A stretch of DNA of 64,000 bases from Nitrosopumilus sp. Lineage in GTDB: Archaea; Thermoproteota; Nitrososphaeria; Nitrososphaerales; Nitrosopumilaceae. The stretch's first letter is position 1; each line of letters opens with the position of its first letter. The translations under genes were made by a program, and so were the position numbers. Location of the stretch: NCBI GenBank assembly GCA_965205215.1, contig OZ242041.1:704001-768000 (forward strand), given 5' to 3'. Below are positions 49,275 to 58,831 of this stretch, piece by piece. The notes under the pieces are model-generated. The model was not told where the DNA came from. It did no database searches and saw only the letters and a list, made by a program, of their open reading frames with translations.

Positions 49275-51239
49275 ATGCAGGCTGTATCCGGACTCATGCC
49301 AAGATCGTACTATTCTTGTGAGCTGTCAAAGTTTCTGGACGATGACAGAGGAGTTATACTGGAAACGATACTTGGCAACGATATTTTTGAGCCAGACAAG
49401 AAGCAGATCGCCGCATGGAAGGAGCAGATCGACATATTGAAAGATCAGCTTTGTGATCTGGGGTCGGGCCGAATCATGTTCGAGTATTCCATACCCAGAA
49501 TGGGCAAGAGAGTGGATAACGTCCTGATCTATTCAGACTTTGTCTTTGTGATGGAGTTCAAGGTGAACAAGACGGTGTATCAGAAACAAGATGAGGATCA
49601 GTGCATTGACTACGCGCTAGATCTCAAGAACTTTCATGAAGCAAGCCACTGCGCATCGATAGTACCGATCCTTGTGTCAACAAAAGCCGGCGCAGCAGAT
49701 CCCGCTGGGATTGGAAAGTGCAGCGATGGGGTGTACGATCTCGCACGGACAAACAAGGACGGCATAACTTGCGTCATAAGACACGTCAGTGACGAAGCGC
49801 CCGGCTGCAGAATCGCCGTCTCGGATTGGGAACGCTCTAGGTACAGCCCCACCCCTACAATTACGGAGGCCGCCACTGCACTGTGCAGCAACATCTCGGG
49901 ACTTGATGGCATAACCCGTTCTGATGATGACACAAAAAACCTGAGCGTCACCGCGGGCGCCGTCGCCGAGATAATCGAGGAATCAAAGAGGAACAGGGCA
50001 AAGTCAATCTGTTTTATCACGGGGGTTCCGGGATCTGGCAAGACGCTGGCCGCGCTCAACGTAGTGTGCGACAGGCTGAATCGAAAGGATGAGCGGGCCG
50101 TGCTGCTGTCGGGCAACAAGACGCTTGTAGACGTCCTCCGAGAGTCGCTTAGGAGGGGCGTGGACTGCATGGAGCAGTATGGCGGTACTGCGGCAGCGGC
50201 CTCGCTCATACAGCATATTCCGACGTTCAGGGACGCGATAGCAGACGACAGAGCGCCTCCCGAGAAGATCGTCGTATTTGATGAGGCGCAGAGGGCCTGG
50301 TCGGCCGAAAAGCTCTCCAAGAATGACAGGATCAAGGGAAAGGCGCGTCAGGGAAAGTCGGATCCGGAGCTGCTGATCGGCGCGATGGACAGGCACGACG
50401 ACTGGGCAGTCGTAGTGTGCCTGATCGGAGAAGGACAGGAGATCCATGACGGGGAGGTCGGACTGTCTGGGTGGATCGAGGCCGTAAAAGAGGGGTATCC
50501 GGAGTGGCGTGTATATCACCCAAGCGAGATCAAGGACCGCGCATATCTGGGCGGAGTAGCTCCAGAACTGCTGAATAACGTAGATCACAGGACGCGCGCC
50601 GGCCTGCACTTGGGCATGTCGATCCGATCCTTCCGGGGCGAGATGCTTGCGGACTTGATCAGGGAGGTTCTGGACTGCCGGATAGAGAGGGCACAAAGCA
50701 TCTGGAAGGAGCTGGCAGGTCGGTACCCGATTGTAGTAACGCGCGATATTGACAGTGCAAAACGGTGGGTCAGGGACAGAGCGCGCGGAACCGAGAGGTA
50801 CGGCATCGTTGCAAGCTCCGGAGCCAAGAGGCTGAAGCCGTACGGGATATACGTGAGATCCAAAATCGAGCCCACGAAGTGGTTTCTGGCAGGTAAAGAC
50901 GATCTGCGCTCCTCATATTACATGGAAGACACTGCTACGGAATTCGAGATACAGGGCCTTGAGCTGGACTGGGTTTGCCTCGCGTGGGACGCAAACCTAA
51001 GATATGACAATGGTGGGTGGTTGCACCGTACATTCTACGGACGGGACTGGAGGCCAATCCGCCAAGAAAGGGATCGATTGCATCTGGTCAACGCATACAG
51101 GGTGTTACTGACTAGGGCCAGACAGGGGATAGTCATATTTGTGCCGAAGGGGGACGACGAGGACGCCACACGAAGATCCGAGTTCTATGACGGGACGTAT
51201 GGATTCCTCAGAAAGATCGGGTTCGATGAGATTGCGTGA
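49275..51239 (+). CDS. DUF2075 / Schlafen group 3-like helicase with N-terminal nuclease-like domain
   Basis: RVD...MEFK, GVPGSGKT, VFDEAQRAW, TEFEIQGLELDW, NAYRVLLTRARQG. Confidence 0.88.
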   Translation: MQAVSGLMPRSYYSCELSKFLDDDRGVILETILGNDIFEPDKKQIAAWKEQIDILKDQLCDLGSGRIMFEYSIPRMGKRVDNVLIYSDFVFVMEFKVNKTVYQKQDEDQCIDYALDLKNFHEASHCASIVPILVSTKAGAADPAGIGKCSDGVYDLARTNKDGITCVIRHVSDEAPGCRIAVSDWERSRYSPTPTITEAATALCSNISGLDGITRSDDDTKNLSVTAGAVAEIIEESKRNRAKSICFITGVPGSGKTLAALNVVCDRLNRKDERAVLLSGNKTLVDVLRESLRRGVDCMEQYGGTAAAASLIQHIPTFRDAIADDRAPPEKIVVFDEAQRAWSAEKLSKNDRIKGKARQGKSDPELLIGAMDRHDDWAVVVCLIGEGQEIHDGEVGLSGWIEAVKEGYPEWRVYHPSEIKDRAYLGGVAPELLNNVDHRTRAGLHLGMSIRSFRGEMLADLIREVLDCRIERAQSIWKELAGRYPIVVTRDIDSAKRWVRDRARGTERYGIVASSGAKRLKPYGIYVRSKIEPTKWFLAGKDDLRSSYYMEDTATEFEIQGLELDWVCLAWDANLRYDNGGWLHRTFYGRDWRPIRQERDRLHLVNAYRVLLTRARQGIVIFVPKGDDEDATRRSEFYDGTYGFLRKIGFDEIA

Positions 51240-51532
51240 CGCGAACCGCCTGGAATGTGTCTGCGCAGACGTGATCTGGTAAAGACCCCTCAAATTGATA
51301 ACCTTGCTCCAAAACCTCCGTTTTCCATCCAGAACATCTCTACTATGCGGATTGCCTCTCTCTAGTACCGCTTGCATACGAAGCGTATTCTGATCGAGAT
51401 TACTCTGCTCCTTCCCTTAGTCACCCCGTGGCCCCCTACTGGTGCAAATTTGTTTCCATTCAGGTGGTCTCAATGTGGCGGGATCCAACCACGCGGCACA
51501 GATCTGCATGCGAGACGCGGCAGGTTGCCTGC

Positions 51533-52285
51533 TCACGTTATGTTTGCCGGCAGATCCGACAGCTTCCTGATCCGTGATTCGTCTGCAAACCTGTCGTCCT
51601 TGACCCTGTCGGGCACGTACAGGAATATTCCGTGATCAACGATGTTCTGAGCCACCCTGTTGGACAGTACCTCGTTCTGCAGGATTGTCAGCAGGTGAAT
51701 AATCTGGCCCTGGTTGTGGAGGAACAAACGCCGCCTCCATCGATCCCGCAGCGACGTCTTCAGGGACAGGAAGTGCGTTCTGTCGGGCGACGCGACGGCA
51801 GTCTCCCTGTCGGGTATGACAAGGTCTATCCTGTTCAGCCCGGCCCTTTTACCCCCCCGGGTCACGCGCTCGCTTGGTATTCCAATGATGTGGAGCAGCT
51901 CCTGCACTATGGCTTCGAAGCTGCTTCCGGCCCTGGATGATCGTGACTGGCTAAGGCTCTTCTCCATCCTGATGGCTTCCGTGACTGCCGTCCTGAACAT
52001 CTCATGTGCCTCTTCTCTGCCAAGGGAACTGCTCCATTTTGATAGAAACGTTTCCTCTGCAAAGGAGTTGATCGTGTTTTCCTCGTACCTCTTGTACGTC
52101 TCATACGTCACGCTGAACACCTTCTCCAAAGCATCCGAAAAGTGGCTTCTGACAAAGTCGGGCTTCAGCATTTCAGGGCTATCCCTATGGATCTGTTCTA
52201 TGGACTCGAGTATGATCTCAGACGTACTTGGAATGTCTGTCTTGGCGGCCAATATCCACCCTTCTACAAGCATGCCTATAAGCAA
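51533..52285 (-). CDS. EcoRII-C-like type II restriction endonuclease, active site disrupted by micro-inversion
   Basis: SRSSRAGSSFE, RIDLVIP, LKTSLRDRW, HLLT; start may be TTG 52252. Confidence 0.8.
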   Translation of the reverse strand: MLIGMLVEGWILAAKTDIPSTSEIILESIEQIHRDSPEMLKPDFVRSHFSDALEKVFSVTYETYKRYEENTINSFAEETFLSKWSSSLGREEAHEMFRTAVTEAIRMEKSLSQSRSSRAGSSFEAIVQELLHIIGIPSERVTRGGKRAGLNRIDLVIPDRETAVASPDRTHFLSLKTSLRDRWRRRLFLHNQGQIIHLLTILQNEVLSNRVAQNIVDHGIFLYVPDRVKDDRFADESRIRKLSDLPANIT

Positions 52286-52504
52286 TTCATCCGGGTTGCA
52301 GTTCTACCATGCCTGTGGCAACAGGCGCTTCCGAGATATGCCACGATCCCCGTCCATTACGTCTTTTGTCCAACGAAGTCGAGGCATGATCCGGATTACC
52401 CGCATTGCATTCTGGTCTTGGATAGCGCTGCATGACGCGTAATGCAGCTATTAGATGCCGCGTTCCGCATCTCTTTATTATGGTGTGTGGCAGAAGTGGT
52501 TGCG

Positions 52505-52921
52505 TTGACGGACGTGTTTACGCCGGAGAAGCGCTCGTGGGTCATGTCAAGGATCAGGGGCAAGTGGACTGGAATAGACCTGAAGATGAGAGAAATCTTG
52601 GCCGGTATGGGCACGCGGTTTGAGATGTATCCGAGCATGCTGGGGAATCCGGACTTTGCGCATCGCCAGATGAGAATAGCCGTGTTCTGCGACGGGGACT
52701 TTTGGCACGGATACCTCTACCGACATGGGAAAGTTCCTAGGCAAGCGTTCTGGAGGGAGAAGATTCTAAGAAATATGAAGCGTGATCGCTACGTCACCGG
52801 AAAGCTGCGACGCGAGGGATGGTCCGTGCTGCGGTTCTGGGAGCATGACATAAACTCCAATCCTGAGAAATGTGCTCGGAAGGTTAAAAAAAAGATTGCA
52901 GAACGGCGCCATGTGCGATAG
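52505..52921 (+). CDS. vsr: Very short patch repair endonuclease
   Basis: DVFTPEKRSWVMSRIR, GNPDF, FCDGDFWHG, FWREKILRNMKRD, GWSVLRFWEH. Confidence 0.93.
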   Translation: MTDVFTPEKRSWVMSRIRGKWTGIDLKMREILAGMGTRFEMYPSMLGNPDFAHRQMRIAVFCDGDFWHGYLYRHGKVPRQAFWREKILRNMKRDRYVTGKLRREGWSVLRFWEHDINSNPEKCARKVKKKIAERRHVR

Positions 52922-53025
52922 CAGTCCGGCAAAACCCTGTCAAACGCTTATTTCGTATTTGTTGCTGGTGCCTTCCATGAATTGTTTTATATGATGTTTA
53001 TATATCGTTGTCAAGAAAGATCTCT

Positions 53026-53508
53026 ATGAATAGCAAAATTAACAGCGAATTAGACGCTTGGATAATTACATATATGGCTACATTGGGTGATTATAGAGTC
53101 ACACCATACGCCATAATTTCAAAAGCGCCTCAACAATTAGCGGTTAAAATCCCAAATGAACGAACACTAGTAGAAAATCTATTTGCTTTAGAACAAAAGG
53201 GATTAATACATCGTCAAGTGTATGCTGAGTTCGAGCTCACTAATGATGGGTTGTTAGAATATAGAAAATATATTAATCCGCTATGGGAATTATCTCGCCA
53301 TAAACCAAAATATGAAAATATTTTAGACAAAACCGATGGAGACATAAAATCAAAAGAAAGCGTCAAAAGAATTCTAAAAAAAATTAGAGATCTGACAATA
53401 GAACAAGCATATGGCGTACTTACTACTTTCCTAAAACAGACTGGAAACGAATCTATTTATCTTATAATACGCATACTATCAGAATTAACAAACTCTGCGA
53501 GTATTTAA
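53026..53508 (+). CDS. AT-rich hypothetical protein (possible wHTH)
   Basis: Very low GC; LEQKGLI...FELTNDG. Confidence 0.6.
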   Translation: MNSKINSELDAWIITYMATLGDYRVTPYAIISKAPQQLAVKIPNERTLVENLFALEQKGLIHRQVYAEFELTNDGLLEYRKYINPLWELSRHKPKYENILDKTDGDIKSKESVKRILKKIRDLTIEQAYGVLTTFLKQTGNESIYLIIRILSELTNSASI

Positions 53509-53658
53509 TGACAAAGTTGTCACATATAGCCATTTTGTGATGCTTGCAAGATGCTTTGTCGGAATTCAGATCTCTATCATACTCAAAATAGTAATTTGTC
53601 GATCTGTTTGAATAAATTGAAAAAATAAGGGGAGGAGTTTGCAGGCACTCCTATAGCC

Positions 53659-53714
53659 TTCTGCCGTCTATGATGGACTTGAACCCGGCCCGGGATCAAT
53701 CCCCGTGGGCCATT
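53659..53714 (+). repeat. att-like site copy 1 (palindrome plus tRNA-Val 3' end)
   Basis: AATCCCCGTGGGCC identical to tRNA 47513-47526; inverted repeat TTGAACCCGG/CCGGGATCAA. Confidence 0.75.
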
Positions 53715-54342
53715 GTGATTAATTCTTGGTTCGGATCCCATCAAATTACGAATATCCAATTGGGCCTTATTTGGCACAGTAGGAGGATCCATCTCGGCCT
53801 TATTCCTATGTGAGATCGTGACGGTGGCCTTTGAGAACAAGAAAGCAACAGAGTGATCAGAAAAACCCTCATGCGTGGGGAGAAGTATAAGAGTAACGGG
53901 CCTATTTTTCATATGCTACATTAGATGGGTGACAGGTGGGCACTCATAATCTGATAACGCTGGTGGTGCCTGTCACTGATGCTGCCTTGTATGCACTGAT
54001 TACAATTGACATGTAGCGTGAATGGGGGTGATGTCTGTTCATTATAGTGTGACATGACCTCTTAACCTGTCAACGACTGTTCTGACTTCTTTTTCTGAGA
54101 ATATTTCTCTCTGGCCTGTTATAAACGCGTTAATATTTGCCAAGTTTCTTACTAGGACGAATCTGAAACTAGGATCATATCTCATGTTGTCTTGAATCGG
54201 CAACAACACCTTTGTGACAGGCGGGTTGCTTGGATCCTTCCAGGACTTTAGTGAAATCCACAACACCATTCCTGCTCTATCTACTTGTTCGTGGGGACTA
54301 ATGCCTTTGTTTTGCGCATAGTATGCACGGCTCCAGTTCTTG

Positions 54343-55668
54343 CAGTCAACGCAAATGTGACTCGAACAAGCCCTCCGGCAGGTCTGGCGGGGGCTTCGGC
54401 TCGAGGGTCGGATCGGTGAGAAGGTTGTGGAGGGCCCCTGCAAACTCCCCCCACTTGAGGTCGGGGGCGTTTGCGGTTCCCATCAGGAGGTACGCCCGGG
54501 ACATCAGGGCCCTGGCGATTATCCACGCGTCGTAAAAGAGGCACGTGTACATGAAGCAGAACATCCGGGCCGCCGGGGCCCTGCACCGCGTCTTTGCATT
54601 GCCCTGTTCAAGCAGCCTGTATCCGGTCTCTATGTTCCACCGCCGCCCGTACCTGTCGGGGTCCGCGTCCGGCACGTTGGTGGCAAACGCGATGTACCTT
54701 TCCTCCGGCGGCTCCGGGTACGGCGCGTGTTTTTTCCTGCGCCTCCTCTCCGTTATTACGGCCCAGTACGTGGCCGTGCGCCCCCCGCCGCCCTCGCTTA
54801 TCTCCAGCTCCGACACGCGGTGCCTGGCCCTTCTCGAGTACTGCCCCAGCGCGTCCACGACGGTGTCGGTGTTCCTGCACGGGATCAGGAACCGTATCCC
54901 GTTTTCGCTGAGGTACCTTATCACCCCCGTGTTGAAGAACTCGCGGTCCATCATGACGAGGCCGATCTCGACCCCCACGCGGCCGCATATGTGAATTAAC
55001 TCAGGCACGAAGTCGGGGGTGGACTGGAGCTTGCGCACCGGAACCACCCCGAGCACGAGCTTTTCCCCGTTGACGACGCACTGAGCCGTGGCATATCCCT
55101 CGAACCTGTCGGTCCCGTTCCTTGGCTTTTTGCGCACCAGTTCGGGGCCGTCCCTCTTGTCGTATCTCTCCCTGTAGTGAAAGTCGATTGCAATGTCGAC
55201 GGGCCCGCTGAACAGTCCCATCGCCTTCATGCGGTCCACGTACATCCCCGTGTCCCTTATGAACAGCTCGCGCAGGCTCACGCCGTCGACGGCCCTCATC
55301 CACTGCATCATTCGCTCGCCGCACGGCAGGGCGCGCGCACCGGGCTGCCCGACGTTGGTGCCGTTCCTGTCCATCGCGATGGAGGTCACGTTGCGATTCC
55401 TCATGCACGCCTCGTACATGACAAAGTCCATGTCCTCCTTGCCGTAGAGTGCGTTGTACCTGCTCGAGAATGGCAGCGCGCTTGACAGGTCCCCCAGCTG
55501 CAGGCTACGCAAAATAGATTGATATATCGCGTAACCCCGCGCAGATCGTCTTAGGCGGCTTTTCTTCAATTCGCAATCAGCCGCCTTAAGACGTCACATA
55601 TAGATCTTTTTCATATGCGCGCATTATAGCCTTGCGCCCCCTCTCTTGGGGCACATTTGCGTTGACTG
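54343..55668 (-). mobile_element. ISH3-family (IS4-like) insertion sequence, 1326 bp
   Basis: Perfect 17-bp TIR CAGTCAACGCAAATGTG; 5-bp TSD TCTTG at 54338-42 and 55669-73. Confidence 0.93.
54346..55569 (-). CDS. DDE transposase
   Basis: IAIDFH, MDREFF, YGRRWNIETGYR (YREK-like); stop inside the TIR. Confidence 0.92.
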   Translation of the reverse strand: MKKSRLRRSARGYAIYQSILRSLQLGDLSSALPFSSRYNALYGKEDMDFVMYEACMRNRNVTSIAMDRNGTNVGQPGARALPCGERMMQWMRAVDGVSLRELFIRDTGMYVDRMKAMGLFSGPVDIAIDFHYRERYDKRDGPELVRKKPRNGTDRFEGYATAQCVVNGEKLVLGVVPVRKLQSTPDFVPELIHICGRVGVEIGLVMMDREFFNTGVIRYLSENGIRFLIPCRNTDTVVDALGQYSRRARHRVSELEISEGGGGRTATYWAVITERRRRKKHAPYPEPPEERYIAFATNVPDADPDRYGRRWNIETGYRLLEQGNAKTRCRAPAARMFCFMYTCLFYDAWIIARALMSRAYLLMGTANAPDLKWGEFAGALHNLLTDPTLEPKPPPDLPEGLFESHLR

Positions 55669-56441
55669 TCTTGACCTCTATGATTATTACACCCCTCTTT
55701 GAGGCTATTACAAAATCCATCTGCGCGGATTTTAGGTTTTTTTGGCCCTTGTATGTCACGTAGTGTGGTAGCACAAATTCGACCCCGCACATTATGTTAT
55801 ACGTATCTGGCAGCTTGGAAAGCTCACTTAGAACCCTTAATTCGCCACTGGTGCCTGCATGTCCCGGATCTTTTCTGTTTTTCTCAAACGTGTCTAACTG
55901 CCACTGCATGTGCCATTTTCTAATACGGCTAAAAAACCCCCCGCCCTCTTTTTCGATTCGTTGTTTCAAATCTTCATGGACTCTGTCGATGTCATCCATT
56001 GTTTTTACGGAACGGGGATACTTGTCCAACAGCTCCCTCTCGCTGCCTGAAATCCCGTAAATTATGGCCATGACGCTTTAAGACTAAAGACAGAGCAAAA
56101 TACTTTCCGTCTGCTGACTTTACACCGTATCTGATTTTGGCATGACACTGTCACCTGCCAACGTGCCACTAAATGTGTTATATGGCGCATCAAAAGATGG
56201 CAGCACAGGGCGGTTCTTCAGCACAAGGCAAAATCTTGTCCCCTTCAACAATCAAAAAGATATTGTAATTGTTCCAATCGCTTTCTGCAAACTCGACTAG
56301 AGACTGTCAAGTTAACGTGTGATAGACCCGTCCGAATACATTGTCAAATCCTTGTGATGAAGGGGTAACATCGTACCCTGTCGTAATGTAAGTCCCACAA
56401 AACCTATACCGTTATTTACAACCTATTTGTACTGTGGTATA

Positions 56442-56738
56442 ATGGGATCGCAGCACACGGTTTTTCTTGACGTTCAATATGAAGGAATGAAGGAGTTTCT
56501 TAAAGATTTTGGTTGGAATGTTGAAACGATAACTGAAATTTACGGTTCTACTAAAAAAGATCGACATGATGATAATGTCATGAAGTATGCAGAAGAGCAC
56601 AGTGATGCGGTCATAATAACGCAAGACAATAAGCTTGTCAAAAGGCTAGAAAACAAGGGGCACAAGGTCATTGAAATAGACATGGCAAGGTTAGCAAAGC
56701 TGGCTAATGATGATCTAAAAAATAAACTTGGAACATAA
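56442..56738 (+). CDS. PIN-like (DUF5615/Mut7-C-like) protein
   Basis: VFLD.....L...GW.V, DDNVM.YA, IITQD. Confidence 0.75.
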   Translation: MGSQHTVFLDVQYEGMKEFLKDFGWNVETITEIYGSTKKDRHDDNVMKYAEEHSDAVIITQDNKLVKRLENKGHKVIEIDMARLAKLANDDLKNKLGT

Positions 56739-56819
56739 GTAAAATGTAAGATGACCCGCAGAATCAGGAGATCTAGCGTTTTGCACAGTCCAAAGGATGT
56801 TGCAAGCGTCCCAATCGAT

Positions 56820-56898
56820 TTCTGCCGTCATGAGAGGTGTCTGAATCCACTCTGGGTTCAGATTCTCGTGGGCCCACTCCCACTCCGGGTTCAAGTCC
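56820..56898 (+). repeat. att-like site copy 2 plus partial third copy
   Basis: GGGTTCAGATTCTCGTGGGCCCA matches the tRNA 3' end at 20/23; shares TTCTGCCGTC(T)ATGA with copy 1; extra GGGTTCAAGTCC at 56887-98. Confidence 0.75.
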
Positions 56899-57074
56899 TT
56901 TTCTGCAGTACGATCTTGCCGTTTGGCAGCACTCCGCGAACGTCCACTCTTGGGTCAAGCGGGGCAGGCCTGTGATCGGGCCCACAAATGAGCGGCACTG
57001 GGCGCGAATCCCACCAACGGACGAGTCCCCGTCACCCGTCCAAGCTAAAATAATGCGGCACCCAATACAATACC

Positions 57075-58031
57075 ATGGAGATCATGGGCCGGGGGCTCAG
57101 GCAGATCCTGCAAGAGTCCCCGCTGTACTTCCATCTTGGGCTCAAGTTCGCATCCTACAAGCTGCTGCACAGGACCAGTCCCTTCTATGGCTCTGCGGAC
57201 ATCATAAACGTCTGCAACCTGCACTGCACGCACTGCTACTGGTGGCTCAACAGGAAGGACAACAAGGAGGAGCTCACCGTGGACCAGTGGAAGGAGGTAA
57301 TCGACGAGAAGTTCAAGAAGAACCACGTGTTCATCGTCACCCTGGTCGGCGGCGAGCCCATGATGAGGCCCGACGTGGTGAGGCTTTTCGTGAGGGAGTT
57401 TCCAAGGAGGGCGTGCGTAGTCACCAACGGCACGTATCCCATACCGTACCTCAGGGACATCTACTTTTACTGGATCTCGGTTGACGGCTCAAGGCAGGTC
57501 CACAACGAGATCCGCGGCGACGGGGCCTGGGAAAAGACCAGAGAAAACGTCCTCGACTATGTAAATGGCAACGGCAAGGACGCATGGAAGGACATATGGA
57601 TCACCATGACGATCAACTCAAGGAACTACATGACCGTCGGGCAGGTGATAGACGACTGGCGCGATCACTCAAACAAGATCGGGTTCCAGTTCCACACGCC
57701 GTTTATGAAAAACGACCCGCTGTGGCTCCCGTTTGGCAGCGAGCGCGACAGTGTGATCGACGGGCTGCTCGACATGAAGGCGGGACGGTACGGGGACTAC
57801 ATCGTAAACCCCCGAGAGCAGCTGGAGATAATGAGGACCAGCTGGGGCGGAAGGGGGACCACCCCGGTAGACTGTCCGACGTGGGCCATCATGTCCGTCG
57901 ACCACATGGGCAGGGAGAAGATGCCGTGCTGCATCGGCAGCGCAGAGAAAAAGTCCATGAAGCCAAGGTGCGGGGAGTGCGGGCTTGGCTGCTATTCCGT
58001 GCTCATGGGCTACGGGATAAAGGGGATCTGA
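57075..58031 (+). CDS. Radical SAM protein with C-terminal Cys cluster
   Basis: CNLHCTHC, GGEP, TNG, SVDG, C...CC...CGEC. Confidence 0.9.
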   Translation: MEIMGRGLRQILQESPLYFHLGLKFASYKLLHRTSPFYGSADIINVCNLHCTHCYWWLNRKDNKEELTVDQWKEVIDEKFKKNHVFIVTLVGGEPMMRPDVVRLFVREFPRRACVVTNGTYPIPYLRDIYFYWISVDGSRQVHNEIRGDGAWEKTRENVLDYVNGNGKDAWKDIWITMTINSRNYMTVGQVIDDWRDHSNKIGFQFHTPFMKNDPLWLPFGSERDSVIDGLLDMKAGRYGDYIVNPREQLEIMRTSWGGRGTTPVDCPTWAIMSVDHMGREKMPCCIGSAEKKSMKPRCGECGLGCYSVLMGYGIKGI

Positions 58032-58056
58032 CTGCGGGCGGCGGGCCCTGATCCCG

Positions 58057-58699
58057 TCAAACTGAGGGCGCCCGGACGGGCTCATCTGGTCGATTATGCC
58101 GTCTATCGTCTCCCGCGGAACCTTTCTGGGCCTGCCTGCTCGTGGGAGATCGGAGGCTGTCCACGCCTCCCTGCATACCGGCCCGTCTTGCCCGGTTCAG
58201 CTGTGAACAATGTGCACACCCAACTGTCATGAAATGGGGGTGCGGCAGGAGCGCTGCCGCAACTGTGCTAGGGCTCTGGCGTAGGTGGTGTTTACATAAA
58301 CACACTCGCCAGTCTTGACTGCCGCATGGCCCTGAACTCTTCTGGCATGCGCGATGACATGGCCACGCTTACCGTATGCCTGCTGACAGTCGTTTTGCTG
58401 GCCTGTTTCACGGAGTCCTTCCCTGCCCCATGCGGCGTCTCTATTATGGTGCGCGGCGACTTCTCGCCCTGTACCAGTATGCTGGGCTTCCTTCCGTGAT
58501 CCAGGAGCGTCCCGGATGACTCCACCACGAAGACACCCGGCTTGGATTTCCAGCGTGCCCTCTTTTCGGTGAGTGCGTCTGCAATGGCCCTGCCGGGCAA
58601 CTGCTTGCTGGCGTGCATGCCGTGTCTGGCCGCCGCACGTGCTCCCGCGCAGTCTTGCGCATCTTTCGCGTTGGTATCTTTCATACGTATAGTACGCAT
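58057..58699 (-). pseudogene. Probable degraded N-terminus of a fused restriction-modification enzyme
   Basis: AIADAL...RARW...ESSGTL...RKPSILV...SPRTIIET resembles a PD-xE nuclease start with D replaced by S; frame breaks. Confidence 0.35.
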
Positions 58700-58831
58700 A
58701 ACAAGTATATGAAGTTACTTCCTAATGTAATACCAAGAAATTCTGGCACCGCCGATCTGTATACTACGTAATTTTGGGCATGCACTACCGTGCACGCCGG
58801 GGATTTCAGATTTCCGCCGTCCAATCTTCCG

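Larger units (their letters stand above)
54042..56071 (-). pseudogene. NERD-domain nuclease gene interrupted by an IS
   Basis: GE..V...L, QMDFV...GVIIIEVK|NWS; removing the IS and one TSD restores the frame. Confidence 0.85.
47529..56876. mobile_element. Genomic island integrated at tRNA-Val (two stacked islets, no integrase)
   Basis: Sharp drop in GC; degenerate copies of the tRNA 3' end at about 53690-53714 and 56854-56876; nuclease, IS and defence cargo. Confidence 0.8.

Noticed and set aside
51420-51436. CCCCGTGGCCCC as a further att copy
   Set aside because: Too short; lacks the palindrome and upstream motif shared by the other copies
53583-53912. 109-aa ORF
   Set aside because: Spans the att-like site and repeat motifs; no protein-like features
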